From NCBI GenBank assembly GCA_017479185.1, contig JAFVCP010000024.1, positions 1-50,820 on the forward strand: a stretch of 50,820 bases of DNA, read 5' to 3'. Positions 25,210 through 33,692 of the stretch are shown here, piece by piece. The notes below the pieces were generated by a model. That model saw nothing but the letters and a program-made list of their open reading frames with translations. It searched no databases and was not told the DNA's origin. A program made the position numbers and the translations under genes. Positions within the stretch are counted from its first letter, which is position 1; every line of letters begins with the position of its first letter. The DNA is from Clostridia bacterium. Its GTDB lineage: Bacteria; Bacillota; Clostridia; Christensenellales; Borkfalkiaceae.

Positions 25210-26460
25210 CTATTGATGAGGTATGTTAATCCTATCCGCGAAACCGATAAATAAGGGTATTTTTGCAGTCCTGTCCATAACGGCGTACGCGAAAGGTCTG
25301 TCGAGATAAATATACTTTATTTCGTTGTCGGGCGGAGCCGAAGTTCCGTTCGCGCCTCCAATGGTTACCGCCGCCGCTTTGGTTCCCTTTCTCGAAACCT
25401 CTATCCTCGTCTTTTGCAGAACGAAATCGAGATAACAATCCGTCGATACGCCGTCGAGTTCGGCAAGCCCCGGGACAAAAGCCCTCTTTAAACCGAGAGT
25501 TTGAAGCCCGTCGTTCATAAAACAAGTCGACGCGTCGTTAAATTCGGGGATCTTCGCAACTATTTGCGCGTGTTTTCTCTGCGAATACCCTTCGCAAAAA
25601 TCTTTCCCCGAAGTTTTTTCAAACCACTCCGAAGCGGTTTGCCCCGCGGCGGGTAAAATGCCGACGAAAGAATAACCGTCGTCTTTATATGGTTTTTCAA
25701 AGCAATCGGCTCCGTTTACCGAGAAGTAAACCGATTCGGCAGATATCATCATTTCGACTTCTTGTTTGCTTCCGTCAAAAGCGGTAAAGATTCCCGAGCG
25801 AATAGCGTCGTTTTCATATTCCTTTTTCCAAGCGCTTTCAAAATAAAGGGCGTTGACGATATACGCGAGCGCTTGCGGATCGATCTCGTCGAGTATCTTA
25901 TCTATCATACCCTTGGTTTTATTGTTTACCCAATTATTTATATCCCGCAAAGTGTTTCCGTCGAAAGCAGAAGAATATATTTCCGAATTATAATAGCCTT
26001 TGACCGCCCTTAAAAAATCCTCTTTGGGATCGGCGCTCCCTTCCCTTAACCAAAGGGAGTCGGCGACTTTTACCGTGTCGCTTTCGGCTGCTTCTCCTAT
26101 GAGCGAAGCGAAGATCCCGTCGATTTTCGCCTTATCCATACCGCCTAAAAGACCGTTGAATTGGTCGAGAGTTTCGCCGCTTGCGCCGCAAGCGATCATA
26201 TTGAGGCACGCGAGGGCGGAAAACGGAGAGAACAAAAAGGAATTCGCCCCATTAGTCTGCGTTTTCATAAAATCGAACGCGAACTCGTCGTAAAACTCTG
26301 AAAAAAGGTCGTCGGGTTGAAATTTGTCTGTTTCCGCGACCGGGATATTCGCCGTCAATTCTTTCGACGATATCTGCTTTTCGACGTATATTCCGCAGGA
26401 CGACGCTAAAAAGCACGCCGCTATCGAAATAACCACTACCGTTTTTTTGAAAAATTTCAT
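25210..26460 (-). CDS. serpin-family protease inhibitor, predicted lipoprotein
   Basis: 416 aa. Lipobox FLASSC, serpin N-terminal pattern FSPFSALACLNMIACGASGETL, hinge/RCL RKGTKAAAVT, and C-terminal DRPFAYAVMD...PLFIG. Confidence 0.85.
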   Translation of the reverse strand: MKFFKKTVVVISIAACFLASSCGIYVEKQISSKELTANIPVAETDKFQPDDLFSEFYDEFAFDFMKTQTNGANSFLFSPFSALACLNMIACGASGETLDQFNGLLGGMDKAKIDGIFASLIGEAAESDTVKVADSLWLREGSADPKEDFLRAVKGYYNSEIYSSAFDGNTLRDINNWVNNKTKGMIDKILDEIDPQALAYIVNALYFESAWKKEYENDAIRSGIFTAFDGSKQEVEMMISAESVYFSVNGADCFEKPYKDDGYSFVGILPAAGQTASEWFEKTSGKDFCEGYSQRKHAQIVAKIPEFNDASTCFMNDGLQTLGLKRAFVPGLAELDGVSTDCYLDFVLQKTRIEVSRKGTKAAAVTIGGANGTSAPPDNEIKYIYLDRPFAYAVMDRTAKIPLFIGFADRINIPHQ

Positions 26461-27041
26461 AAATTTTCCTCCCCCGTGATTTCTTTGACGAACTCGTCTA
26501 ATTGCGTTTTACCTTCGTAGATCGTATTTTCTTCGCCGTCGACAACTAACCCGTCGGCGGTAAAATAAAAGGTTTTATCCCCTATATGGATCTCATAAAT
26601 TATCGCCTTGACAGCGCTCGCTTCATCATCGTTTTTATCTCCGCTCGGCGCCGAAGAACCGTCAAAATTCTCTTTACCCGCCGTAAACACGAGAGAATTT
26701 ATAAGATCTGACGCCTGTTTTTCTTTATCCGACGACAAATAATTAACTATCCCGTCCCGCGTTTTTACATACGGCGCCTCGAATACGATCTCTCCCTCGT
26801 GGTCGTATATCTCGTCGGAATACCCGACGTTCTCCCCCGCGTCCGTCGGCGCGGCGTCGTTCATCGCGGAATTTCCGCCTTTCGCGAAATTCGCCGAAGA
26901 AAACGCGAACGAAAATCCTATCGTTATCATAAGCGCCGTAACGGCGAGAGAGGAAACGCCCGACGCTATCGCGATCTTCCTTTCTCTTTTCTTTTGCTCC
27001 GCTCTTATAATTGCCTTTTCTTTAAATTCCTTATCCGTCAT
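26457..27041 (-). CDS. single-pass membrane protein (putative anti-sigma partner, no canonical ASD motif)
   Basis: 194 aa with a basic N-terminus, one TM segment (IAIASGVSSLAVTALMITIGFSFAF) and an extracytoplasmic domain. ATGA overlaps link it to both neighbours. Confidence 0.5.
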   Translation of the reverse strand: MTDKEFKEKAIIRAEQKKRERKIAIASGVSSLAVTALMITIGFSFAFSSANFAKGGNSAMNDAAPTDAGENVGYSDEIYDHEGEIVFEAPYVKTRDGIVNYLSSDKEKQASDLINSLVFTAGKENFDGSSAPSGDKNDDEASAVKAIIYEIHIGDKTFYFTADGLVVDGEENTIYEGKTQLDEFVKEITGEENL

Positions 27042-27604
27042 ATTTTATTTTTCAACTCCTCTTTTAAACTCTTCTTCGCCTGAAAAATAAGATTATCCAC
27101 TTTTTTTGGGCTTATTTTCATAATTTTAGCAGTTTCGGCGTAAGAAAGTCCTTCGTAATAGACAAAATATACGGCTGACCGCTGTTTTTCTGGTAATTTT
27201 TTCACGGCGAAACCGAGCATTTCCCTTTTTTCGTCGTTTTCCGCCTTTTCGAAAATATCCTCGTCGGACTTCGCCGCGTCGGAAAGTGGAACAAAACGGC
27301 TCTCCCTTCTGACCTTATCTATCGCCCGTCTTCTGCATATAATAAAAAGAAAAGATTTGAAGGGAATAGAGAAATTGTATCTCCCTTTTTTATAAATAAG
27401 TTCGGAAAAGGCGTCGATCGCGGCGTCTTCGGCGAGAGAAAAATTTCTCGTAATGCTGTTTGCGTACGCCGTAACGTCCTTTCTGTAAAGACGGATAAGT
27501 TCGTCGAACGCGCTTTCGTCGCCGTCTAAATACCGACTGTAAAGCGCCGCCCCTTCGTCCATTTTTACCGTTTCTTTTTCTTTTTCACCTAATATTCGTT
27601 TCAA
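27038..27604 (-). CDS. ECF-type RNA polymerase sigma-70 family factor
   Basis: 188 aa with a region 2 pattern (FDELIRLYRKDVTAYA...) and a region 4 HTH (LSYAETAKIMKISPKKVDNLIFQAKKSL). Confidence 0.85.
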   Translation of the reverse strand: MKRILGEKEKETVKMDEGAALYSRYLDGDESAFDELIRLYRKDVTAYANSITRNFSLAEDAAIDAFSELIYKKGRYNFSIPFKSFLFIICRRRAIDKVRRESRFVPLSDAAKSDEDIFEKAENDEKREMLGFAVKKLPEKQRSAVYFVYYEGLSYAETAKIMKISPKKVDNLIFQAKKSLKEELKNKI

Positions 27605-27617
27605 AATGATTTTTTCC

Positions 27618-28466
27618 TTAACAATTTTTATTTTTTGCGAAAGAAGATCTTAACCTGCCCTCTTCGCTTATTATTTCTTTGCCGTCAAGATAAGATAAAG
27701 GGCTTTCTTTTTCGAATCCGAATACGATCTTATACGCGGTAAGCGACTGCTTGTCCTTCTTGAATTTTCTGTTGATCCTCTCGTCGCCGTACTTGCCGTC
27801 GCCTATAATAAAATGCCCGATAAACGACATATGCGCCCTTATCTGATGGGTCTTACCCGTTATGAGCCTGATCTCGAGAAGAGAAGTTTCTTCCCCTTTT
27901 TTCAAAGTCTTATATCCTGTGATTATCTTTTCCGACCCCTTTTCCCGTTTGGGAAAAATTTTCACTTCCGACCTTTCTTCGTCCTTTTTAAGGTAAGCCG
28001 TTAAAGTCGCTTCTTCCGGTTTTAAAGCGCCGTAGACCTCGGCTAAATAATATTTTTCGAAAGTTCTGTTTTTAAAGCCCTTCAACAGTTCTCTTTCCGC
28101 CATATCGTTAAGAGAAAAGACCATTATTCCGTCCGTATTTCTGTCAAGTCTGTGGATAAAGCCCGCCGTGGGATATTTTTCTTTCACGGACGCATAAAAA
28201 TCTTCCGAAGCGATCCCTTCTTTTTTATAGCAAACCACGAGATTTTCGTCCTCGTAAATTATTTTTAATTCCCTCTTTAAACCGTCGAAATACGCTTCGA
28301 TAAAATCGCCTTTACGCGTCGGCGTATCCTTTCCCGTTCTTACTCCGTTGACTTTTACTTGCTTTTTGCGTAAAAGTTTCATTATCGTCGAATAATTTAT
28401 GCCGTCGCCGTAAAAATTCTTGATCTCGGCGGAGAGTTTACCGCCCTGCGAATAAAATTTCTTCAT
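27618..28466 (-). CDS. RluA-family pseudouridine synthase
   Basis: 282 aa with an S4-like N-terminus and the catalytic HRLDRNTDG motif. Confidence 0.85.
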   Translation of the reverse strand: MKKFYSQGGKLSAEIKNFYGDGINYSTIMKLLRKKQVKVNGVRTGKDTPTRKGDFIEAYFDGLKRELKIIYEDENLVVCYKKEGIASEDFYASVKEKYPTAGFIHRLDRNTDGIMVFSLNDMAERELLKGFKNRTFEKYYLAEVYGALKPEEATLTAYLKKDEERSEVKIFPKREKGSEKIITGYKTLKKGEETSLLEIRLITGKTHQIRAHMSFIGHFIIGDGKYGDERINRKFKKDKQSLTAYKIVFGFEKESPLSYLDGKEIISEEGRLRSSFAKNKNC

Positions 28467-28473
28467 ATTTCGA

Positions 28474-30198
28474 TTATATCATAACGCCCGCCGTTTTTGC
28501 AACGATTAATATAAAAAATCTGACCGCGTAAGCAAACAGAAATGCGAAAAGAAGTTGAACGACCGCTAAATACGCGCCTTCTTTTTTGCCGAGAAGTTTA
28601 AAAGACGCGGACAAAGCCGACACGCAAGGCGGATAAGCGTAAATAAACGCGAGATAGGGAAGCGCGGAAGAAAATGGCAGCGTTAATCCCGACGGGAAAA
28701 GCGAAGTCAGCGAAGAAACTATTCCCTCTTTGGCGAAAACGCCCACTATCGCCGACACCGCGTATCTCCAATCGTCGATACCCATAGGGCGAAAAACCAC
28801 GACGACAGATCTTCCTAAAAGAGCGAGAATGCTGTTTTCGTCCGAAGGAGTAGTAAGCGTAAAACTCGTCGACAAAGAACCGAGCAGATACAAAACCACG
28901 GAAGATATCACCACGGTCGTAGTTATTCTCAAACCGAAATTTTTCAACACTCTTTTTAAGTTCGCAAATAAAACTTTTGCCTTCGGTATCCTCAATTTCG
29001 CTATTTCGACGACGAGAGGAGAAGGCGCTCTGCCGTCCGCTTTATACGAAACGAGGGCGAAAGCGAGGGAAAAAACAAAAGAAAACAAATAAATTCCGAC
29101 TATAACGAAAGGCGCGTACTTTCCGAAAGTTATTTTACAGATCAACGCGTATACGGGCGTTTTCGCCGAGCAAGTCATAAAGGGCAGACATAAAGCCGTT
29201 CGCCTTCTGACGGGCGCGTCGTCGATACCGCTTGCCAAAGCGAGAGCAACCGTCGTACAACCGAACCCGCCCAAAAGAGAATACGCCGCCTTACCGTTTA
29301 ACCCGAGCCGAGTAAGAGCGCCGTCGGTTACCACGGCGAGAGTGGAAATAAAGCCGGACTGGTCGAGTATATCCAACCCAAGCGACATAACGGCGACCTG
29401 CGGCAAAAACGAAGCGACCGTTCCGACGCTCCTTAATCCCGTTACGATAAGCCCCGAAAGAAAAGGCGTGAAGTTTTTATCGGTAAACATTTGAGTTTTT
29501 TGACATAAAAAGTCGATAAATCGCTCTATAAGCGAACTTAACCCTTCTCCGACGCCGTATTTTCCGAACGCCGACCAAAAGACGACCAATGAGGAAAGAG
29601 CGAAAACCAAATAACAAAAACCCGCCTTTAAAAAAAAGCCCGATCTCGACCTGTCGCGAGGAATAAAAAACAGATCCTCTCTTTTGTCGACCGCTCTTAC
29701 TTTGCCGACGACGGCTTTTTTTTGATCGAAAAAAGAATTTAGTTTTTCAGCGTCCTTTTTTTTACAGGCTTCCCCGAAAAAGACCTCGGCGCCTATACGG
29801 GCGCTCAATTTTTGGATATCTATTTTACCGCCAAGGCGGGTCAATTCATTATAAAAGTTAATAAACAGCGCTATAGGCCGATTTAACGCCGTCAACTCTT
29901 CATAAAGGTCGAGGGCGAAATTGAGTTTCGCCGCTTCCGCCACGAGAACGATCCCGTCGTAATTTTGAGATCTGAGATAATCGACGGTAACTTTTTCTTC
30001 CGCCCTATACGACGAAAGAGAGTATATACCGGGAAGATCGACCGCTATCAACTTTTCCCCGCCCGACCAAAAAGTCCTCTCTTTTTCGCGGACGGTAACG
30101 CCGTGCCAATTCCCCACCTTGAAATCTTCCCCCGTCAGCGAATTTAAAAGGGTGGACTTTCCCGAATTAGGTCTACCAACGAACACTATTTTTCGCAC
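28474..30198 (-). CDS. feoB: ferrous iron transporter FeoB
   Basis: N-terminal G-domain (GRPNSGKSTLLN, DLPG) plus a polytopic membrane domain. It overlaps the end of feoA. Confidence 0.85.
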   Translation of the reverse strand: MRKIVFVGRPNSGKSTLLNSLTGEDFKVGNWHGVTVREKERTFWSGGEKLIAVDLPGIYSLSSYRAEEKVTVDYLRSQNYDGIVLVAEAAKLNFALDLYEELTALNRPIALFINFYNELTRLGGKIDIQKLSARIGAEVFFGEACKKKDAEKLNSFFDQKKAVVGKVRAVDKREDLFFIPRDRSRSGFFLKAGFCYLVFALSSLVVFWSAFGKYGVGEGLSSLIERFIDFLCQKTQMFTDKNFTPFLSGLIVTGLRSVGTVASFLPQVAVMSLGLDILDQSGFISTLAVVTDGALTRLGLNGKAAYSLLGGFGCTTVALALASGIDDAPVRRRTALCLPFMTCSAKTPVYALICKITFGKYAPFVIVGIYLFSFVFSLAFALVSYKADGRAPSPLVVEIAKLRIPKAKVLFANLKRVLKNFGLRITTTVVISSVVLYLLGSLSTSFTLTTPSDENSILALLGRSVVVVFRPMGIDDWRYAVSAIVGVFAKEGIVSSLTSLFPSGLTLPFSSALPYLAFIYAYPPCVSALSASFKLLGKKEGAYLAVVQLLFAFLFAYAVRFFILIVAKTAGVMI

Positions 30199-30413
30199 GT
30201 TTCCACCTCTATCTTTTCAGCAACCGCAACGCCCATCCCTATCTTTACCCCTTCCGTTTCGACTATCGCTCCGCCCATAGGGTATTTTTTTAAAAAGAAA
30301 AATTTTACTCCGTCGGCAAATCCGAGTTTACGCAATTTTTCAGTCGCGGTTTTATCCGCCGAGATATTTTTGACTACGTATCGCCCGTTTTCTTTACAAT
30401 TTAATAAAAGCAT
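30186..30413 (-). CDS. feoA: FeoA-family protein
   Basis: 75 aa, SH3-like FeoA pattern, immediately upstream of feoB. Confidence 0.8.
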   Translation of the reverse strand: MLLLNCKENGRYVVKNISADKTATEKLRKLGFADGVKFFFLKKYPMGGAIVETEGVKIGMGVAVAEKIEVETCEK

Positions 30414-30447
30414 AGTAAATTATATGCTGAAAAACGACGAATAATCG

Positions 30448-30476
30448 TTGACAAATAAATAAAAAGATTATATAAT
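30448..30476 (+). promoter_or_regulatory. consensus sigma-70 promoter of the thiT leader
   Basis: TTGACA (30448-30453), a 17-nt spacer, then TATAAT (30471-30476). Confidence 0.7.
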
Positions 30477-30485
30477 TTGTACTGT

Positions 30486-30560
30486 AACCAAGGGACGCTG
30501 TAAAAGGCCGACCCGACAAGGTAATGCTTGACAGGGGAAAGGATCTTGTTCTTGCTGTTT
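30486..30560 (+). promoter_or_regulatory. THI-box-like (TPP riboswitch-like) aptamer candidate, atypical 5' half
   Basis: CAAGGUAAUGCUUGACAGGGGAA (30517-30539) resembles the conserved CUGGAUAAUGCCAGCGUAGGGAA block. The 5' half (GGGACGC...GGCCGACCC) lacks the canonical CUGAGA. Confidence 0.45.
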
Positions 30561-30561
30561 T

Positions 30562-30590
30562 TTCGCTTCCCGAGGGAAGCGAATTTTTTT
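30562..30590 (+). terminator. leader (attenuator) terminator before thiT
   Basis: TTCGCTTCCC-GA-GGGAAGCGAA followed by TTTTTTT, 10 nt before the thiT ATG. Confidence 0.8.
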
Positions 30591-30600
30591 AGAGGTTATT

Positions 30601-31767
30601 ATGTTTAATCTGCTTGCAACTTATTTGTTTGATTTTCTCGCCGACGCCGATCCCGAAAAGGGGAACGGGCTTTTCGGCGGAAGAATAAGCGTCGTTTCTT
30701 TTATAACCGTACTTCTCGTCGCCGCGGCGATAATTTTATGCGCCGTAGTCTTTGTAGCCGACAGGAAAAACTTTAAAAACGTCGTGAAATATTCGGCGTT
30801 CGGTTTCTTCGTTTACGCGCTGGTCCTCGCCCTTTTCCTTCTCGTTCTCGACTTGATAAAGCATTACGATATGCAATATCTCGACAAAAATTACGTTGAC
30901 AAAGACATAATCCCCTTCGTATTTGTACCGTTGCTAGTTTCATTGTCGATCGCGCTCGCGTCCGCTTTGATTTTGTTCGTTTTATATAAGCAAAGCAACC
31001 TAAAAGTCAAAAAAATCGCTCTATACGCGGGGATATTGTGGGCGATCTCTATCGTGGTCGCTATCGTGTTTATCGCCGTTTATTATTCCTCGCGCATTTC
31101 GGGCGACGGATACTATACCGACGACGCCAGCGGTTTCAACCAGGCGGCGTTATACGCTGGCGCGGCGTTACTTGTGATCCTGACCGTCGGAGCGGCTTTC
31201 ATTTTCGACCGGGATAAAACTCCTTTCGACGCAAAAACGATAGCGAGGGCGGGGATTTGCGTTGCGCTTTCGTTCGCCCTATCTTACGTTAAATTATTTC
31301 AGTTGCCGCAAGGCGGCTCGATAACACTCGCCTCGATGCTTCCGATAATGCTTTTCGCCTACGCTTACGGAATGAAAAAAGGGCTTTTGATCGGCTTTAT
31401 TTACGGACTTTTACAAAGTATTCAGGATCCTTTTATAATCCATCCCGCGCAGTTTTTGCTCGACTACCCCGTCGCGTTCGCTATGCTGGGACTTACCGGC
31501 GCGTTTTCGGCGATAAAAGGGCTTGAAAATCTTCCTCGGGTAAAATTCGCGCTCGGCGCGATTTTAGCAAGCGTAATGAGATTTATATCTCACGTCATAT
31601 CCGGCGTATTCGCTTTCGGCGCGTACGCGGAAGAAGCGGGCATGAGCAATCACTTATTATACAGCCTTGCCTACAACTCGTTCGTTTTCGTAGAACTTGC
31701 GATAGTGGTTATAGCGGGCGTTATCTTGCTTTCGAGCAAGTCGCTGAGAAAAGTCGTAGAACGCTGA
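30601..31767 (+). CDS. thiT: ThiT-type ECF thiamine S-component with a ~200-aa N-terminal multi-TM extension
   Basis: The C-terminal ~180 aa (ARAGICVALSFALSYVKLFQLPQGGSITLASMLPIMLFAYAYG...) are ThiT-like. The N-terminal half has about 5 predicted TM helices and no family I recognise. Confidence 0.7.
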   Translation: MFNLLATYLFDFLADADPEKGNGLFGGRISVVSFITVLLVAAAIILCAVVFVADRKNFKNVVKYSAFGFFVYALVLALFLLVLDLIKHYDMQYLDKNYVDKDIIPFVFVPLLVSLSIALASALILFVLYKQSNLKVKKIALYAGILWAISIVVAIVFIAVYYSSRISGDGYYTDDASGFNQAALYAGAALLVILTVGAAFIFDRDKTPFDAKTIARAGICVALSFALSYVKLFQLPQGGSITLASMLPIMLFAYAYGMKKGLLIGFIYGLLQSIQDPFIIHPAQFLLDYPVAFAMLGLTGAFSAIKGLENLPRVKFALGAILASVMRFISHVISGVFAFGAYAEEAGMSNHLLYSLAYNSFVFVELAIVVIAGVILLSSKSLRKVVER

Positions 31768-31787
31768 TATAATTTATTACAAACACT

Positions 31788-31821
31788 CTCCGCCGTAAAG
31801 ATTTTTCGGCGGAGTTTTTTA
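31788..31821 (+). terminator. thiT terminator
   Basis: CTCCGCCG (31788-31795) pairs with CGGCGGAG (31807-31814), followed by TTTTTTA. Confidence 0.8.
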
Positions 31822-31877
31822 TTTTCAGCGGTTTTGCCCTTATCGTAAGCCGCAAATTAAATTTCACATAAAAACCT

Positions 31878-31906
31878 TTGCTTTTTTTTATTGTTTGTGC
31901 TATCAT
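31878..31906 (+). promoter_or_regulatory. extended -10 promoter ending 7 nt before the ABC exporter ATG
   Basis: TTGCTT (31878-31883), a 17-nt spacer, then TGcTATCAT (31898-31906). The ATG is at 31914, there is no SD, and an in-frame TAA lies at 31908-31910. Confidence 0.55.
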
Positions 31907-31913
31907 TTAATCT

Positions 31914-33692
31914 ATGATTTTCGGTAAAAGAATAAATAAATACTATTTAAAATACGCGCCTTTGTTTATAATAGGTATCGTCGTGCTTGCAGTCATCGAT
32001 TTCGCGCAACTTCAGATACCTAAAATTTACAGGATCTTACTTACGGCGCTCAATACCGGGTACGCGGACGCGGAAAAAACGATCGAATTTTCACTCGACG
32101 TTTTATTAAACGATATTTGCTTCCCGATGCTTTTGATCGTCCTTGCGCTGTTATTCGGACGGTTTTTGTGGCGCGTATGCTTTTTCGGAGCGAGCGTCAA
32201 CACCGAAGAAGGTTTAAGAAGAGAAATGTTCGATCACGCCAAAGACTTGTCGCAGAGTTTTTATTCCGAAAACAAAGTCGGAAGCCTTATGTCTCTCTTT
32301 ACAAACGATCTCTCGACTATCGAGGAGTGTTTCGGTTGGGGCGTTATGATGTTCTTCGACGCGCTGCTTCTCGGCGTTATGTCCCTTTACAATATGTTTA
32401 CTCTTCAACCCGTTCTTGCCGTATTATGTCTGCTTCCCATGGCTCTTTTGGCAATAGTCGGAAGCATTCTTAACAAGTATATGATGAAAAAATGGGATCT
32501 GAGGGAAGAGGCTTTTTCGAGGATCTCCGACTTTTCGCAGGAAAGTTTTTCGGGTATAGCCGTAATAAAAGCCTATGTCAAAGAAGCCAAGGAACTCTGG
32601 GTTTTCAAAAAACTCAACTCCGAAAACGAAAAAGCCAACGTCGATTTTACAAAAATGTCGGTCGCGCTCCGCGTTTCTGTAACCTTTTTCGTGCAATCGG
32701 TAATATGTATTATTTTAGGATTCGGCGGCTATCTCGTCTATAACAAAACGGTTACCGCGGAAGCCCTGCTCGAATTCGTAGGATATTTTACGGCGATAAT
32801 CTGGCCGATAATGGCTATATCCGAACTCATCGATATGAGTTCGAGAGGAAAGGCTTCCCTTAACAGAATAACTTCTTTGCTTGAAGCGAAAATAGAGGTA
32901 AAAGACGCCGATAACGCCGTCGACGCGGGCGTACTGAACGGAAAAATAGAATTTAAAAATTTATCGTTTAAATACTCGGAAAACGCGAGGACTATATTAG
33001 ACGACCTTTCCTTTGAAATAAACGCGGGGGAAACGGTGGGGATAATAGGAAAGATCGGAGCGGGGAAATCGACCATAGTCGACCTTATAACCAAGACCTA
33101 CAACGTCGGAAACGACAAGATATTACTCGACGGAAAAGATATAAACGGTCTTACTTTAAAGTCGATAAGGCGGAATATCGCCTACGTTCCGCAGGATAAT
33201 TTTCTCTTTTCCGAAACGATAGCCGATAATATCGCCTTTTCGTCCGATGAAAAGGATATGGATAAAATAAAAAAATACGCTTCGCTTGCTTGCGTATCGG
33301 GAGATATCGAAAGTTTCCCCGAAGGTTATGATACCGTACTCGGAGAAAGGGGCGTAACCGTTTCCGGCGGACAAAAACAAAGAATATCGATAGCGAGAGC
33401 GTTGATGAAAGAAGCGCCGATACTTATCCTGGACGATTCGGTTTCGGCGGTCGACACGCAAACCGAAAAAACTTTGCTCGAAAACATTTTTAAAACGAGA
33501 AAAGGCAAAACGACGCTTATTATCGCGCACCGTATATCGACGGTCGAACGCGCCGACAGGATATTGTTCCTCGAACGAGGTAAAAAACTCGCGTTCGGAA
33601 CGCACGAAGAACTTCTCTCGACCTGTCCCGAATACGCAAAACTCGTCGAACTTCAAAAACTCGAAGAGAGGGAGGAAAACGCAGATGTATGA
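31914..33692 (+). CDS. ABC exporter, fused permease/ATPase (heterodimer subunit 1)
   Basis: 592 aa with six TM segments plus an NBD (GKIGAGKST, VSGGQKQR, ILILDD). Confidence 0.9.
   Translation: MIFGKRINKYYLKYAPLFIIGIVVLAVIDFAQLQIPKIYRILLTALNTGYADAEKTIEFSLDVLLNDICFPMLLIVLALLFGRFLWRVCFFGASVNTEEGLRREMFDHAKDLSQSFYSENKVGSLMSLFTNDLSTIEECFGWGVMMFFDALLLGVMSLYNMFTLQPVLAVLCLLPMALLAIVGSILNKYMMKKWDLREEAFSRISDFSQESFSGIAVIKAYVKEAKELWVFKKLNSENEKANVDFTKMSVALRVSVTFFVQSVICIILGFGGYLVYNKTVTAEALLEFVGYFTAIIWPIMAISELIDMSSRGKASLNRITSLLEAKIEVKDADNAVDAGVLNGKIEFKNLSFKYSENARTILDDLSFEINAGETVGIIGKIGAGKSTIVDLITKTYNVGNDKILLDGKDINGLTLKSIRRNIAYVPQDNFLFSETIADNIAFSSDEKDMDKIKKYASLACVSGDIESFPEGYDTVLGERGVTVSGGQKQRISIARALMKEAPILILDDSVSAVDTQTEKTLLENIFKTRKGKTTLIIAHRISTVERADRILFLERGKKLAFGTHEELLSTCPEYAKLVELQKLEEREENADV

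Noticed and set aside
24977-25216. 79-aa plus-strand ORF in the mntP-serpin intergenic region
   Set aside because: It has a non-ATG start and no SD, its composition is basic and low-complexity, and it runs through the structured element.
30411-30447. Leaderless feoA transcript and a Fur box upstream of feoA
   Set aside because: A TATAAT (30419-30424, minus strand) lies 5 nt before the feoA ATG and there is no SD. That resembles the two stronger leaderless cases. However, I find no acceptable -35 or extended -10, and TATAAT is frequent in this AT-rich spacer. The nearby GAATAATCG resembles only half of a Fur box. The evidence is too weak to call either.
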